DNA of 64,000 bases from Phoronis australis (lineage: Eukaryota; Animalia; Phoronida): assembly GCA_002633005.1 (NCBI GenBank), contig NMRA01000020.1, forward strand, positions 459,621 through 523,620. Reading direction: 5' to 3'. Of this stretch, positions 38,942-53,436 are shown in pieces; positions within the stretch are counted from its first letter, which is position 1, and each line of letters opens with the position of its first letter. The translations under genes were made by a program, and so were the position numbers. The notes beneath the pieces are model-generated. The model had not been told where the DNA came from. It was given only the letters and a program-made list of their open reading frames with translations, and searched no databases.

Positions 38942-41900
38942 AGTTCTCACAGGGGTTTGCCTATCAGAACACACGTCAATGGACTCTTCACCCTTTCTTC
39001 ACTCTGTCAAAAACTGCATGCAAATAAAGAAAAGTTTTGAGTCATTTCACATCAGAATCCCTACAGATGAGCACCGAAACTTTATTCTCTCTTGTATTTT
39101 GGACCCTTTCACTCCCACTGAAAACCAAGCTAGACTAAGATCAATAGGAGCAAAAAATGCAAAATCGGCGATTTTCACCTCAAAACCACCACTTACCTGT
39201 CGATGCTCCACTGAAGCCAAGATAAGAATCCGAAAGCAAATTCCTTACCGATTCCAAAAATATGGTCTAACAGTACTGCCAACCAACTAGTTTTTTTTTT
39301 TGCAAATCTAGCTTGTTTGAGGGATACCTGAAATCGCGGCCAATTTCTCAGTTGCTACCCTGCAATGCATTGCAACAGGGGGACACCAACTTAAAGAAGA
39401 GTGCAGCTACAGCCGAGCAAGTGGTCTTTTTACTTCTCAGCATGTTCACAAATACGAACAAACCACATTCACTTGACCTGTATACAATACCTGTCTAAAA
39501 AATGCCCCCAAGCCTGGGCTACCCTTAGATTTTAATATTTTGGGAGTGCAAATAGGCCGCTGTTCAGTGCCACCTATGCTAATTTGTAGTATGAACTAAA
39601 CTACAATGCTATTTGAACATCATCTACGCTAAACGTTAGTGCAGTTGTATTCAATGACAACAATTTCCACAAATAGGTTGCCTTTGCACTAATGACGTAG
39701 CCTATCTTGGGGACTCACATAACCCGCATCATGCAGAGTTAATTACCAACATCATGCTGCCGGATAGTTACTGGACACGGTTACGTGATTTACGGCGGAT
39801 CATTTTGGAAATAAAACTCGTTCTTAAAAACGTTTGGCAATTTTCAACTTACTTCACATTCACACTGTCGCTATGTGTTGTGTTTCTAACTAATTTGACG
39901 AAGCAATCACAGAGATAAGGATTTAGCGGGCAAGTTCCACTTTAAGATGACACTCAACAATTTTTGTTGGTTTTGCCGTGCTTGAAAACCAGATCTAGGC
40001 ACAGGGCGTACAAAAGCTCAAAACAGGAACCGTACACTGGGCCAAAAACTTCAAAAGCTTTGATTCCAGAAGTCTGATTTCCGCAAGTGCAGTTGACTAC
40101 TTAAAAATGAAAGAATATAATCAAATCACCCCAAAAGCCACCTTTCGCATGCGATTGCTATGAACTGGGAGACAGCGTATTCAAACTGCCAGAAAAACCC
40201 AAAATATAGAAATCGGGTGAAAAGTGGGTGCTGACCACACAGATTTTTTACCAATTCAAAATGCCGTAAGGGTACCAGAATAGCCAATATTCAAATTTGC
40301 CGCGCCATACTGAAATCCATTCCACCAGACGGCGATCAGCGGGGTTTTTGGTGTACGTGTACAGGCGTTCAGCGCCACCAACATGTCCCGTGTAATGCGG
40401 ACGGGAGATTTCAACCTACACGTACAAACAGCGTTTTCATACCTTTCCTGCTAACAAAATGCCGGCAAATTGCCTGTACGGTGGGATGTACTAATAGTTT
40501 ACGGAAAAAGGCAAACCTCTTGTAATGTCCATGGATCAAAGGATATCATGTCCAATACATTTCCCAATGGGAAGAATTCAGCTGCGACTGACATAGCGGA
40601 TCCCAGCAGATGTTTAAAAAAGCGCTAAACAATGGGAGGAACTGGCAGAGAAAGTTATTTTTCTGGCAGGTTAATGAACCACGATGTAGTAAATGAATTT
40701 CTGTCCACCGAATCTGAGTCGAGATCAAGTGGAAGTCCGCTTTCGGACTCTCATTACTCTAGAAAACACCAACACGAACAGTCCGCTATCTTGCAACATT
40801 TTAACTTCAAACTTGCAAGCAGCAAAGGTTTAAGAAAAGCCAGTACTGAGCAAAAAGTGGAGTCAGGGGGTCAACAACTAGCACTTCCTTTCAATCAGAA
40901 CGGATTCGAAAGCACATGCCATTGTAGCCTTCATATGCAGTACGGAAGTCAAAATGTCCAGCCAACCCAGATAAATTCAACAATAACCCCCCAAAAAAAA
41001 CGTTTGCATGCCATCTTAATCCTCGGAGGATATATTTCTATTATTCTAACGCAGACCTGCAAGACGGAAGAAGTGTGCATATTGTAACAGCCACACCATC
41101 TGTTGACATTGTTGAAATTTACTGAGGCTTACAAAATAACATTTACTGTAAATCAGTAATTGAAGTCAATCGGTCAATTGTATCTATTAACGCTCTTGGG
41201 AATAAATTTAGGAGAATGGCGTCCGCCTCCTAGTTTTGAAGTTTAATCTGAGGAGGAACTTTCAACACCTCTTCGCCATGAATTATTGAAGACGATTAGC
41301 AATTAATATGGCGTCATCGTCAATTGGCAATAAGTGTGGCTTAGAAATTGAAACGAGAAACCACTAAATTAAACAAGCTACTAAACGTAGTTTCTCTAGA
41401 CATCGTTCGTATAAAGATGAGTAGTTGTATCTGGTATAAGCTAGTAATATAATTTTAAAAGTGAACACAGTACGAATCAAAAATTGTATTCCAAGCCGAC
41501 TGAAAGCGTGAAAGGAACGTTCTCGGTGAGAAATGTGACGTTCTCGGTGTGAAAAGTGATTATTGTCACGGACTTTTTTGACGGAATAAAACCCTGCAGA
41601 GTATTTTAGGTGTATCTGAGTAAGTCACAGGCCTCGACTTCAACAAAAATCTGGCAGACAACGGCGAGAGAATTGTAAATTTCTAACAAAAACACCACGT
41701 ACTCTGTCATTTTATAGCTCTGGTCAAATATAATCTATCTCATCCAACAATAACCCCGACAATGCCTCTTGCGGCCATAAAACCGATAACGGCCCTTTAA
41801 ATCTTCCCTGCTGCGAGAGAAGAACTTCGTTTAATAACCCAATTCTAACTGGTTCTCAGTGGTTTTCCATATTCTTGAGAAAGAAAATTAGTTGTACGTT

Positions 41901-43930
41901 GTTTTTCATTTCCTACCATAGCGGTTGATTGACGTTCAGGAAATTCCACATTTTGACTCCAGGAGACCTCCTGGGTCAGAAAAGCAGAAAAAGTTCAGGA
42001 GAAATACGATCATCTTAACTGATGAAACCCTGCCGTGACTCATTATAGCGTAATAGCAACATTTTTGTAACAGTTTATTCCCTAGTCTTCATAAAATAGC
42101 TGCAATTTCAGTATTTATTCGTTTGCTTTCCTAACAAAATGCAAAATGACGTGTTATGCTATAACCAAATGGTTGGTGGCAGGACTGTATTCGTTCGAGT
42201 TTTTTGATAAGGAAAAGAAGGCTTTCTGCAGATTTGTGCTCTAAATTTATCAAATAAAGATATCCGTTCACAGTTGAGAAAGAGACATCCATGTACGCTA
42301 ATTATTGTCCGCGTAGCATAGACACTTTGTAAAGGACTAATATTCAGTTGTTCACTTCCCCTTGTCTTCGGGCTTGGACCCAGAAAAGTCCCAGGGGCCC
42401 TAATCCTCTAACTCGTCTACTTAGGCTTAGGCACAGACGTTGCCATTACCCGTGTCTTGTTGTAGTGAAGAATTCTGGTAAAAATGCCCTTCAGTCTGTC
42501 CGTTGTCAAGGTTCCCATGGTGTCATCACTGTGGCTTCGAGCCAGGAAAATTGCACTGTACTAAACCATTTACTGAAGTCAAAAGTGATTTTCTTTACAA
42601 AAATATTTGCTGTTCCAATGCAACGCCCTCGTGTTCCTAATCCTTTGCTTGAATTAAAATTAGTTCGATAACTAAACGCTTGGAATTCCCGTTTTTTGCC
42701 CCTATATTTTGATCAGATGCATTTTGGGATGGCTTGGTTAAAAATTAGTTGTCTGTTGCCCACGTGATCCCCGGCCTTTAATATTTCCAACTCTCCGTTG
42801 TTCCGGGATATTTAACGACGTTAAGTGTAAGGCCCATTGTTTCCATTTCCGATTCCATAACTAAGGGAGTTAATTACCAAAACTGGAGGGTGCCGCCATG
42901 CAGACCAAGCACTTAATTACCCATCCAATTATCTCCGCATGAGTTCAGCAAAATGTGATGGAGCTAACCCCAGGGGTTCTCTTTATTCCAGGTTGTGCGC
43001 TCATTATTAACTAGAGACGCCGGTAGGCAAATTGTTGCGAACGTGACGTCACGACGTTTCATTAACTACGACAGATCGAAAAATCCTCAATATCAGTCCA
43101 CGATAGTTTGATTTATTTCAGCCAGTATATTATTGTCCTCAAGTCATACTGCGATCTGCGTACAAATTTATTTACAAAGTACACACGGCCGCGGTGCGGG
43201 CCAAGTTTCTAACGGCAGGAGCGCGGAATCAAATCCAACTAATACACAAAAGCAGCCGATTGTTCTGTTGTTGAGCCATATCCCAACTAGCAACGCATTT
43301 TAAGCGTTTTAAGTCACCGGCCTTAATTTTTTCAGACAACGTCGAGAATTGACGTTTTGCAATAAAATCTCAAAAACAACGTATTTTGCTGTTCTAAAGA
43401 TATGATCAAAGCAAACAGATTCAAGAAGTACAACAAGAATCTCGAAAAATGCTTTTTCGTCCGTAAAAATGGCAATGACCCTTTAAAAGTTGGTTGCTGG
43501 GATTAACTTTAAAAACAGGAATCGGAAGTAATTTATTACCTACGACAAGCTGCTATTGAAGTTATTAATGCGGATCTCTGATATTTGTTTCGTTATTTGC
43601 AATGGCATAACTAACAGCCTCTTGTGATTGTTGCTTTATAAAGCATATCAAATTCAGGCTAATTCTATGGAAATGTGTGAAATATATCAAATGCTTTCCG
43701 TTGTTTCAGGAACAATTGGTGATGAATGTACCCTTTGTGAGGTAACGTATGCCTGATGCCATACAACGTCGCTTGTACTGACACAAACGTATTACGTCAG
43801 CAGCAAAGAGATGGCACCAGATCAGAAAGGAAAACAATTAAAGATCCACATGCCGACTTCTAAGGCCGGAAGTCAGTGATCACATGTACACTGTAGTCAC
43901 AGTCTGGGAACATTAATGCTACATATGCAC

Positions 43931-44780
43931 CAGTGGTGGATCTAGGATATCACAAGGGGGCCCAACATTTTGTCCGGCTGCAGACATTTGCGCAAACCAC
44001 GATTGTAGATGCGTATAGCACCGACTGGGGGAGGAAAATTTTCTGTTTTTTCCTCTAAAAATCAAGCATTTTCCTTGATTCCTGAAGTATTATGCAAGAA
44101 AAAAAGGCAAAAAACATGGAGAACGTGTCAAACAGGAAAAACTGCAAGAACTACAGACTCGAACTCACGACGTGGCGGATAGAGCGCACGTGCTTTACCA
44201 CTACACCACTACTATACGTTTACCAAAAGACCTAGTCTTGTTTATGGTCCACAGCATTTGCGCGCGAAACCAACTTCTTTTTGTTATGCTTATTACACGT
44301 TTTATATTTTGTGCAATCGGTTCTTAACAAATTTGTTGTATTTTAAAATAGTCTTCAAATGCTCAAAAGACCAAATCCTTTTTTCGTGTTGGCAATAATG
44401 ACGGGATTGCTTTGAAAATCGTCTTAAGTTAAGCTCTGACAAAGAGAGAATTATGAGTTTCTGAGTGATTCACTAAGGCTTCGATTAAAATTCACATCTT
44501 ACCAACAGCTTCTGTTTTTTCATCGTCACTCAGGTTCCATTTTCTTTAAAAAATGAAGTAAAATTTCTTCATTGCACAGTGGAGCAGACTGCCACTGCCC
44601 CCTCCCCCCAACACGAAAACTGAACCGATTTTAACTGCACACATTTAAATCTTGTTTCATCCATATAATTTTAATTACCGGGGTTAATTAATAAACTCAA
44701 CATTTCCCTACGCTCTAGCTGTTTTATTTTTTTTTGCGGCAGCCAAGGGGTCCCCTGCCCCCCCCCTAAATCCGCCTATG
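43931..44780 (-). mobile_element. Non-autonomous TIR element with 5-bp TSD (TGCAC), same family as 16238-16573
   Basis: TIRs cagtggtggatctagg / cctaaatccgcctatg; tgcac at 43926-43930 and 44781-44785; ~140 bp of one end aligns with 16238-16385. Confidence 0.75.
44151..44210 (-). repeat. tRNA-like sequence (A and B boxes) inside the MITE
   Basis: Minus strand agTGGTGTAGTGGtaaagcac...gtgaGTTCGAGTCtg; no acceptor stem or intact anticodon arm. Confidence 0.55.
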
Positions 44781-46379
44781 TGCACAATGTGTACAGCTTT
44801 AGTGAGGACGGCTGTTAATTTCAGCAAAACCGTGAACGTCGTTTGTGTTTCCTGGCTATTGCCCACTCTTCGGAATACAATCAAGTGAAAAAAGCATGTT
44901 GCTAAATGATCGTGCTTGTACTTGGTTATTAGTGCAATATTTTCAGCATTATATACATTGCATGGGAAATGATACATGCATGATGGGTCCAGGATCACTC
45001 GAAAATCGACTAGAAATCCGACTAAACTTACATGTACTTGAATTGTGACGAGTGATTTGTTACGTTTTTGAGTCTGAGTCCAAGACTCCGAGTCGTGTCT
45101 GACTTCGGAGAGTAGACCCTGGGCCATGGTTTTGATAGTCCTATCGGGATTTATGAAGTGTTATTTATTCTAGCGCTAGTAGACACACGAGACCACGTGG
45201 TTTCGTCCACAAACTTCAATATTTCATTTTGTAGAGTAAACAAACCAATTCACCCGAGTTTCTAATGTAACAAGACGGTAGAGTTAGGCCTGTTAAATAC
45301 AAATTTTTTCGATAGATATCGATTTGATTTTTAGTAGGTTGTAACAATGCCATTCTCAACATATTCAGGATTGACATAAACTCATTCTTCTTCCTGAGAA
45401 CCACCGAAGTTGAATTTTTGATGCTGAAGTTGCGGAATAAACTCCAGTACTTTCCAAAGTCATCCGCATTTTCACGAAGTTCTACCAAGTTTCAATATCT
45501 ATACTATTCATTAGCACTCGACACAAAGAAAATACAATTCTTCAAACTACTGAAATCAATGGCTTAATATCATTACAATCACAAATTATAACTATCATCA
45601 ATCACGGCTTGTCCCTTAGTTCTACTTACCGCATTGCCGCGCCTGTAGGCCCATGGGCCTATATTCGAAATAATGCCTTTTTCGCGGCTTGTTTTTAACC
45701 AAGTGGTTTACATATTGGTGCATACTACTAAGTATCGCATACATGTATAAACACAGGTAATGTCCCCTGTTTAGGCACATATATTAATACGCATATAGGC
45801 GAACTCGTTTGACTACAACTATTTTTCCGTTAGTCTCTGTACCTTTGAAGTTCCTTGGCGTATTTTCAAAAAACTTGATAAATTGTTTTGTATTACCGTA
45901 TTGCCACGTTTTTAATCCCATGGGTCTATATCCGAAATGGTGCCTTTTTGCGGCCCTTTTACTGGCGCATACACCCAAGCATCGTATGTACATGCTCAAC
46001 TCAAAGCCATAGATACGTGCAATCTACCTTTCACTGGTAAAAGGAACCTGTGAATATTCGCTGAAGACAAACAACGACCCCTTTCGGAGACAACAAAACA
46101 GTGGGGATAACAACTGCTTGCAATCGAAAACAGTACAAAACTAACATCCTATAAAAACAATATACAAAGAAGTATACGTCGCAAGATGGCTGACATTACG
46201 GAAGGTGATGCACATCAGTTCCAAACATAACAAATAGGAAGTACTAAACTTCTAATACGCAACAGATTACATTAGGATAAGATATAAACAGCATGAACTG
46301 TACTTTTAAAAACAATACACTTAGATTTCCATAGTATGATAAGGAGATGTGTCATGATAGGGAGAAAAAGTTTTGCGAG

Positions 46380-48860
46380 ATGGGCCATAGTTTGGGAGCT
46401 ATTAGAATTCATAAATCGAGAAAACTTGTGCATAACTGGGTGCACCTATCAACTGGGAGATAGCGTGTAGGAAAATTCCGTGACTTGAAAACGTGTAGTG
46501 GGGTGAAGATAAAATACAAACTGTGGGAGAATGACACGGCTTATGACAGTTTAGATTCCTCAAAATATACAGTTTTTTAAATGATTTGTGGATAGAATGC
46601 TGACTCACTGATTGTACCTGTGTTATTAATACCCGGGTGCATCAAGAAATCATGCATTTGATACAGAAAAAATGGACAAAACCCGTGCCTTCTGTGAAAA
46701 ACCTTTATGTTTAAAAAGACCACCTGCTGATATATTTGTTCCTAACTTGATAAGGGAAGGTTGCTAAGTTCGACAATTACCGATGAGAGGTCATTATTGT
46801 TTAAGGGTACATAATTGCGAAGAAAAGTGATTGTCGGAGAACAGCCTTAGGGTAGATTCGAACTTGCAGCGCCCGCGATAGCAGTCTAACGCTCTGCTAC
46901 AGGACGGAGTTAAACGACACTGGATGAATTAATTACAAAGTATTTTTGGGTGATGTGACCTGGTAAATTTACCGGCATTGATTTTAGCAAATGTCTGGTA
47001 GACAGTGGCGAGAACTGGTAATTTGTAATAAAATCAAAAAAAAAAGATTTTGTCTGATAAAAGCTAATAATTTCACGTCTACCTCATTCAAGAATGATCC
47101 CGAAAACGCGTTTTTCGGTTGTAAAACTGGTAATGTTCCTTTCAAGTTTTGTATGGCCGTCAGGGGGCGATCTAGACAATTTACACCATGTAACCATTTT
47201 CAATTCAAACAAAAGACATGGACCCGTTGATATCATAGCTTTGGAAAAGCAAAAACGATGAAAAAAATATTTTTAAAGCCTGAACGCGGTTTATAACGGC
47301 TTTCCGTTATCAACATTTTGTATTTATATATAGAAAAATATATGTAACCCAGCCCACAGTTACATAAAATGGACGTGATCTTTACCATGAACACTGATGC
47401 ACATTCCGCGGCTACCACTCTACTCAATATTTGAAAATTTCGATAACTTTCTACAAAGTAGGCGAATACAAAAGTTAAGCAATCCGTTATCAACCACCTC
47501 CGCGGTGGCTGCTGTAAAAGATCAACAGGAGATTTTTTCTACAGTTCTAACTGCATCAATAGAGTTTCTGTCTATCGATAGACATCAGTTTCAAAATCTA
47601 TTAGTCTGGTGAGAAACCAGACGAACCATCTTAAACTGTACAATGTGAACACATCCAGATAAATTGCTAACGAAAGTGGCGACACGCTTTTACCAATACC
47701 GTAAGGAAAGCAGTCAGGATCAGGTCTTACCTTAGATAGGATTATGCAAAATAGTACATGTTATAAGTAATCGTAAATTTAAAATAATTCCAAGAGAGGT
47801 AATTGCTAGGCACTAACAAAAATTTGTTAAATTAATTGAATCAAAAGCCTTAGACAGCCAATAAAAGTACAATATTAACGTTGCTGAATTTCAAGAAAAG
47901 TATGGATTTAAAGAGAGTGCAATACAAACAGGTGATCGTTGGTGCTATAGTCATCACAAAGCAGTTCGTTTAATTTGTCCTTTAAACCTCTGGCAAACCG
48001 TTAACATATAAAGAAAATCTGGAATATAGACAAGCGGTGAATGTTTTACCTACATAACTAGGGATGTCATTCATGAGTAGCAGACTGGATCAAGGGTGAG
48101 TTCTTATTTTTATTGAAAAGATAAATATCCCCTGTACAGCAGGAAATGGGCTAATATGTGAACTGAAGATAATATTAAATAACATTGCTATTAAATGCTT
48201 ATTATTCACTCAGGAGAGTTTTTCAAGGAATGTTTGGCAATATCACCAATATCCTTCGATACTTCAGTATGTTGAAATATTTCATGGCCTTGGATATCTT
48301 GTATGCAGAATATGATTGAGTTTCATCTTCTTGACAATGCTCTCGGGCCACATTTCTCCTAAACTAAGCAATTCAACAAAGCAGCTAGTGACGCAAACTA
48401 AATGTTCTCTAAAATGCGCAACGAAAGCATCAGTTGAAATTGTATTACCAGTGGACCTATATGGATTGAGTTATTGAGCATTTCCCAGAATTCTTTGGGA
48501 TTTGACGATTTCAGATTTCTTAGGCGTCCACGAAGATTATTACTAATGAATTTCTAGATTCTTAGAAACGTTTTTAAAACTCAAATGAATGACAGCTGAG
48601 TTGACAGCTCACGTCAGTGGATGAGAGTACGACAACAATTCAATGAGCTAGCGGTAAGTTCCACACAGTTGCCTTTATTTGTGTTGTCCGCTCAGCCATC
48701 TTTCACTTGAAGCAGACAGTTGAGCTTGTACAGTAACTCTCCGTATTCGCTGAGCCCTAACACAGTACGAGCTTTTCTGATTGTTCTTTGTTAAAAACTT
48801 TTTGTTTAGCCTCGCCATCTTACTTGTACCACTCTTTTCTTCCGTATTTTCTATTAGTTA
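46380..48860 (-). mobile_element. Degenerate non-LTR retrotransposon (LINE) ORF2
   Basis: Ordered minus-strand motifs: NPKEFWEMLNN (~48500), LFNIIFSS, SYVGKTFTA, DYSTNDHLFVLHS (~47950-47913), LSKAFDSIN (47857-47831), GLGYIY, and a tail HKFSRFMNS (~46430). Many stops, frameshifts and insertions. Confidence 0.75.
46851..46912 (-). repeat. tRNA-like (SINE head) relic
   Basis: Minus strand taactccgtc...agagcgttagactgctatcgc...caaGTTCGAATCtacc: perfect B box, decayed D arm. Confidence 0.45.
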
Positions 48861-49385
48861 CTAATATATCAAGGCCATCTTTGAAAATTGGCGAACACTG
48901 ATGTTCTACCTACATGTACGTTCGCAGTATAATTTTTTATGTACTCGAAATTGAATTCGACATTGTTTTAGACATTAATTCCCCCGTCTACTTTAAAACA
49001 AACCAGCAAACTCACGATAAGTGTCTATACCACCGTGTTCGTGGAATGACCGTTTAATCCTAGTTTGCACTTGATGACCACAGCATTAAAGCTATAACTT
49101 CGAATCCCATATTGAAATTTGGAGTTTTTACTCAAAATTTAGGTGTCATCTAGTGCGAACTCGTTCTAGAAACCCGTCCTCGTAAACCAAAACGTTCTAG
49201 AGGATAGAATGATAACAACGTATCTAAATAAAGCAGGACGGAGGTATAAAAAATAATCTTGAGTTCGATTTCAAGTCCGAAGATTAGACTCGTGGCTCTG
49301 GATACAGCAAGACGTTTCAAGAATAGGGAGATTGAGTAATGCTAGTCCTGTGCGCTTTCACATCAACAAAGTACGAAGCACCAAC

Positions 49386-49916
49386 AGGTTCTTAAAGGAG
49401 AACCTTTCTGTGCGTAGAAATGTGATTAATCTACGAGTACTTTTGCTTAATCTACGAATAATCTTACCTATTCAAGGCGTGCTTTTATAAGGTCATATAG
49501 TCCTATTTTTACCGCGCTCGCCAAGGGCGCGTGCAGTGTTAACAATGGTCAGTGGCCGATTTGGCCAATGAACGAAGGACTGCTCGAAAAAAAATTCGGG
49601 ACTTTGTTCGAGGTGGAAGGCATTAAAGACATCGACGGCCTCCTAAGCTGTCCTTCTATGTACAAAAGGTATTTACAGCAACGTGACTTAGATATTTTAA
49701 TCACTGTGAGGCATAATTCACCGAAAAGCTTCAGGCGTACCACTATGAAGCTCCTATAGGGGCCAGTCGAGACGGTGGCACTGCAAAGTATCCGTTGATT
49801 AAAAGCAGAACAATGATCGATTAAGAACTAAAAATACGCGTAGATTAAGCATAAGTAAGCGTAGTGTCTAGATTAATCACATTTCCACGCGCAGAAAGGT
49901 ACTCGTTTAAGAACCT
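49386..49916. mobile_element. MITE with ~70-bp imperfect TIRs and TTAA near both ends
   Basis: aggttcttaaaggagaacctttctgtgcgtagaaatgtgattaatcta... is inverted at ...tagattaatcacatttccacgcgcagaaaggtactcgtttaagaacct. Confidence 0.75.
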
Positions 49917-50089
49917 TTTGACGCTCCATAGGCCAGAAAGCATTGTGATAAAAAATGAAAATTTCAAGTCTGCAAGACTCCTTGTATAACTGAGAAAACT
50001 GAGTTTGGATTCCACTTCGTTCTTCACATTTCAAACTCTTGGTCGCTGATCAAAATGTACTAGTTTGTCGCAGTGAAACACAGCTATTG

Positions 50090-50213
50090 CTGTGAAATAC
50101 ACGGGAGCATGGATATCAGAAAGGGAGGGCTGACTGTGAAATACACGGGAGCATGGATATCAGAAAGGGAGGGCTGACTGTGAAATACACGGGAGCATGG
50201 ATGTCAGAAAGGG
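50090..50213. repeat. Minisatellite, 44-bp unit x ~2.8
   Basis: ctgtgaaatacacgggagcatggatatcagaaagggagggctga starts at 50090, 50134 and 50178. Confidence 0.95.
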
Positions 50214-52786
50214 GTCAGCATGGAAACAGATGAACAAAGTTATAGTATAAAATGCTGCTTTAGCCATGATGATATGTGAAATTGCCTTTACAGGTGTGCT
50301 GGCCAATCGGTTATCAATACGAGTATCTTAACTACAGAGTAAATTGGTCTGTTAGAAAATCGAATGGTTTCAATTTAACCCTATTATTTGACAATTCAGT
50401 ATCGCTCATCGCCGAGGTTAACAAAACCAAAATCAACAAAGTCGTCAAGTGGTCTAATTCTTCTCGACTTCAAATCTCCGCCTACAAGTATAAATGGAAA
50501 GTCATATTCACTGGAAGTTATGCCGCGAGAGTTACGTACCTACATGTAACTACAACAGAGTACTCAAAAGCCTGTCTGGCTCATTTAACATATAATTAAC
50601 TCTAAGTGTACTTGTACCTTGTGACAAGTACAACAGTGACTCCTGGACACAATACTGCAGATATCAGTCAAGCTGACTTATAGAACACTAATCTTCTTAC
50701 GATTTGATCAAATCGGTCAGTGAATACGAACAATTGCATTGGGCTGCTCCGGCTGTCTTCGTTCTAGTATGTGAATTATGCTGGTTAACACAGTCGCATC
50801 CCCTCCAAGTGAGTTCACTGAACTCGAGGTAAATCTTGGCAATGTCCACTGATATCTCACTGTTCTAACTCCAAAGGGGAGGCTCAAGGTGAATGAAGGG
50901 AGAGTTCTCACACAGAATACAGTATTAACATGCGCGCGCACCCAGCCTACAAATTGGGGCCCCAATGCTTGATAATGGGGACCTTTTATTAAGATTCACG
51001 GGGAACGTTCAGAGCTATGAACTATGCATTTGCCGAATTTCGGCAGTTCCAGCCTTTTTAGCGGACTTTTGTTTCGTTTTCTACTTTTTTCGGACATTTT
51101 GTTTCTCTTTTTGCCCGCTTGGCCAAATGGGGGGCTCGGTCGAGCCGACCAACCCCCACCCCCGTGTGCGCGCATGTATACATGTAAATAGCGCCAAGTT
51201 TATGTAGTACTCCACAAAAATGGCTTAACTTCTGAACATCATATCCCAGAATTGGTTTAACAGATCCGTATGAAACTTTGAGATACTATTTGCTTTCACG
51301 CACTGGTCTCCAAAATTGTTTTTAAAACGCTCTATTTGCTAAAGGGGTTATCGAAGAAAGGGATTTTTACAGTATTTGTATAAAAATTAAGTTACACAAA
51401 CAATGTCTCATAACATTTACAACTGAGCAGAACGCCCGTTCATACCTGGCTAAAAACATTACTGCATGTTCCGCCTGAACCATGCACTCTTGTAGAAAGT
51501 GCAACAGTTATAACCTCTACAACCGATTCTAAATTGTTCAAGAATTATTACCATTAAACATGATTTTAAAGTTGTCGTTTTAATGTCAATATTACTGTAA
51601 GTTATTAGAGGCCGTTACGTTACAGATCATACACAACAGACTGGTTTGCCGACAAACATCTTGATCGTTACCTACGTCTGGCACATTGTTCAACAACTGG
51701 TGATGTGACGTCATGTTTGCTACTCAGCGTATCCTTTATGCAACTAGGCCCTCGCTCAGCTAAAATCTTATGATTGAGCACATTCAGTTTTAAACACTTT
51801 CATTTTTATCGATAATAATGCAGTTATCAAGCATTAAAGTATTTCTTGCGAGTACAACAATAACATGTGCCGGAACGTCAGCGTGTGACAAATACACATC
51901 GCGCGTAATACCTGCGGCACAAAGAAGGGAAATATAGAAATTTATCATTATGTATAAACTCAGTTTCCAACTCAATTAATTGAAAATATCAAAATTCATC
52001 CAAATGTCTGGTGTAACGAAGGGTCGTATCTGTCCGACCTGTTTAACTTATGTCAGTGACCAACTCATTTTCAGACAGTTGCTCACTGCGTTAAGGCCAG
52101 GCTCTCACAAAGTTATTGGGACTCATTATTTCTTTATCAACTCAGCAAATCTTATTTAGTCACGTGCTTCAATGAGTGAGGTATTGTATTGCATATAACT
52201 GATGATGGCTTTTAATCGACAGACATGTCAGCAGAGAAGTGTTGCCAGCGATATTAAGATAAGGGTCTTTTCCCTTGGCAATTCGTACGTGGTGGTTAGG
52301 AAATTTTAAAAGCCAGTCACTCAGTACATGTGCACATAACAAATTCTCCAAATATTGAGGACATCTGAGGGCGCTTTTTCAGAGGCTGCCCGTCTTGGAG
52401 GTATTCTCTTCACCGTAAATCATTAATTTAGCACTGACCCAATTGGATACTTCTTTAGTTCTGGAGAGGAAAGGGGTCAAATGTTCTTCAATGTAAACAT
52501 TTTGCGATAATTTACGCTCCTAAGAGCCTTTTTGTCTTCCGTAAAGTATAAAAATGATTTCGGTCATTATGACATTTTTTGGTTCTGAAAACCAAACTAA
52601 TGTCCTTGGTGAAAGTCAACAATTGCATAATATCAGCTCCAAGGTTGTGGGCAGATACTGGTGCAACACGGGGCGTTTGAAACTAAAATGCACATAACAT
52701 CAGCGTTTTAAGAAAGAAGAAATGTCACCCGCGTACTTGCCCAGCAAAATGGCAGCCCGCATTACAACGACGTCGATGTTCATGGC

Positions 52787-52886
52787 AATGGTGACGATGG
52801 TGATGATGATGACGATGATGATGATGATGAAGATGATGTCGATAACAATGATGATGATGACGCTAACGATGATGACAATGATGAAA

Positions 52887-52949
<63 letters not shown>

Positions 52950-53150
52950 ATGATGACGATTAAAGTGATGCTAGTGGTGCTGTAGATTAAAATGTTAATT
53001 GTGGCAATTACGTGATGGTCATTATAGTGGTGATGAGGACGATGTTGGTGATCAGTGATAAGGATTGTGGGGATGTTGGTGATGATAATGATAGCGATGG
53101 TGATTATTGTGATGTTGTAGGTAACGACGGTGATGACGTCGATGACAATG
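52787..53150. repeat. (GAT)n microsatellite with degenerate flanks
   Basis: Pure (ATG)n core at ~52888-52945; explains the poly-Met ORF. Confidence 0.95.
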
Positions 53151-53434
53151 ACAAAAGCAAAACAAAAGCGCTGCTATAGCATTGTCAAAAGTGCGGAATA
53201 ATCGGGCATCCGTTATTTACGCATCGGACTGCACACAGGCGTAAGAGTTGTAGAGCAGCGCGACACCAAACGGCAGAATCACGTAACACTTGAACGGGTA
53301 AAATGCGATTGTGTTTGACATTCCGATAACGGCGAGATAAAACCGATAGAAGCCAAATCCATGAATTCGGATTTGTAAATAACAGTGCTAAAGGGCATTC
53401 ATAGGAGCAAACGTTCTAGCTGTCTTCTATTAAA

Positions 53435-53436
53435 AT
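53435..53436 (+). CDS. VAMP-like gene exon 1 coding part (AT of a split initiator codon)
   Basis: taaaAT|GTAAGT is a consensus donor; joined to the first G of exon 2 it gives ATG TCG TCC in frame. Confidence 0.6.

Noticed and set aside
40500-41050. Possible minus-strand RT relic (FLNICWDPL resembling LFNLCLDPL)
   Set aside because: One weak motif; insufficient without an HMM search.
46851-46912. Functional tRNA gene
   Set aside because: A B box is present but the stems do not pair into a cloverleaf; reported only as a tRNA-like relic.
50929-51176. Small TIR element (catgcgcgcgcac / gtgtgcgcgcatg)
   Set aside because: Short low-complexity inverted repeat with no TSD and no second copy in the window.
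52722-52985. Poly-Met ORF
   Set aside because: Translation of a (GAT)n microsatellite.
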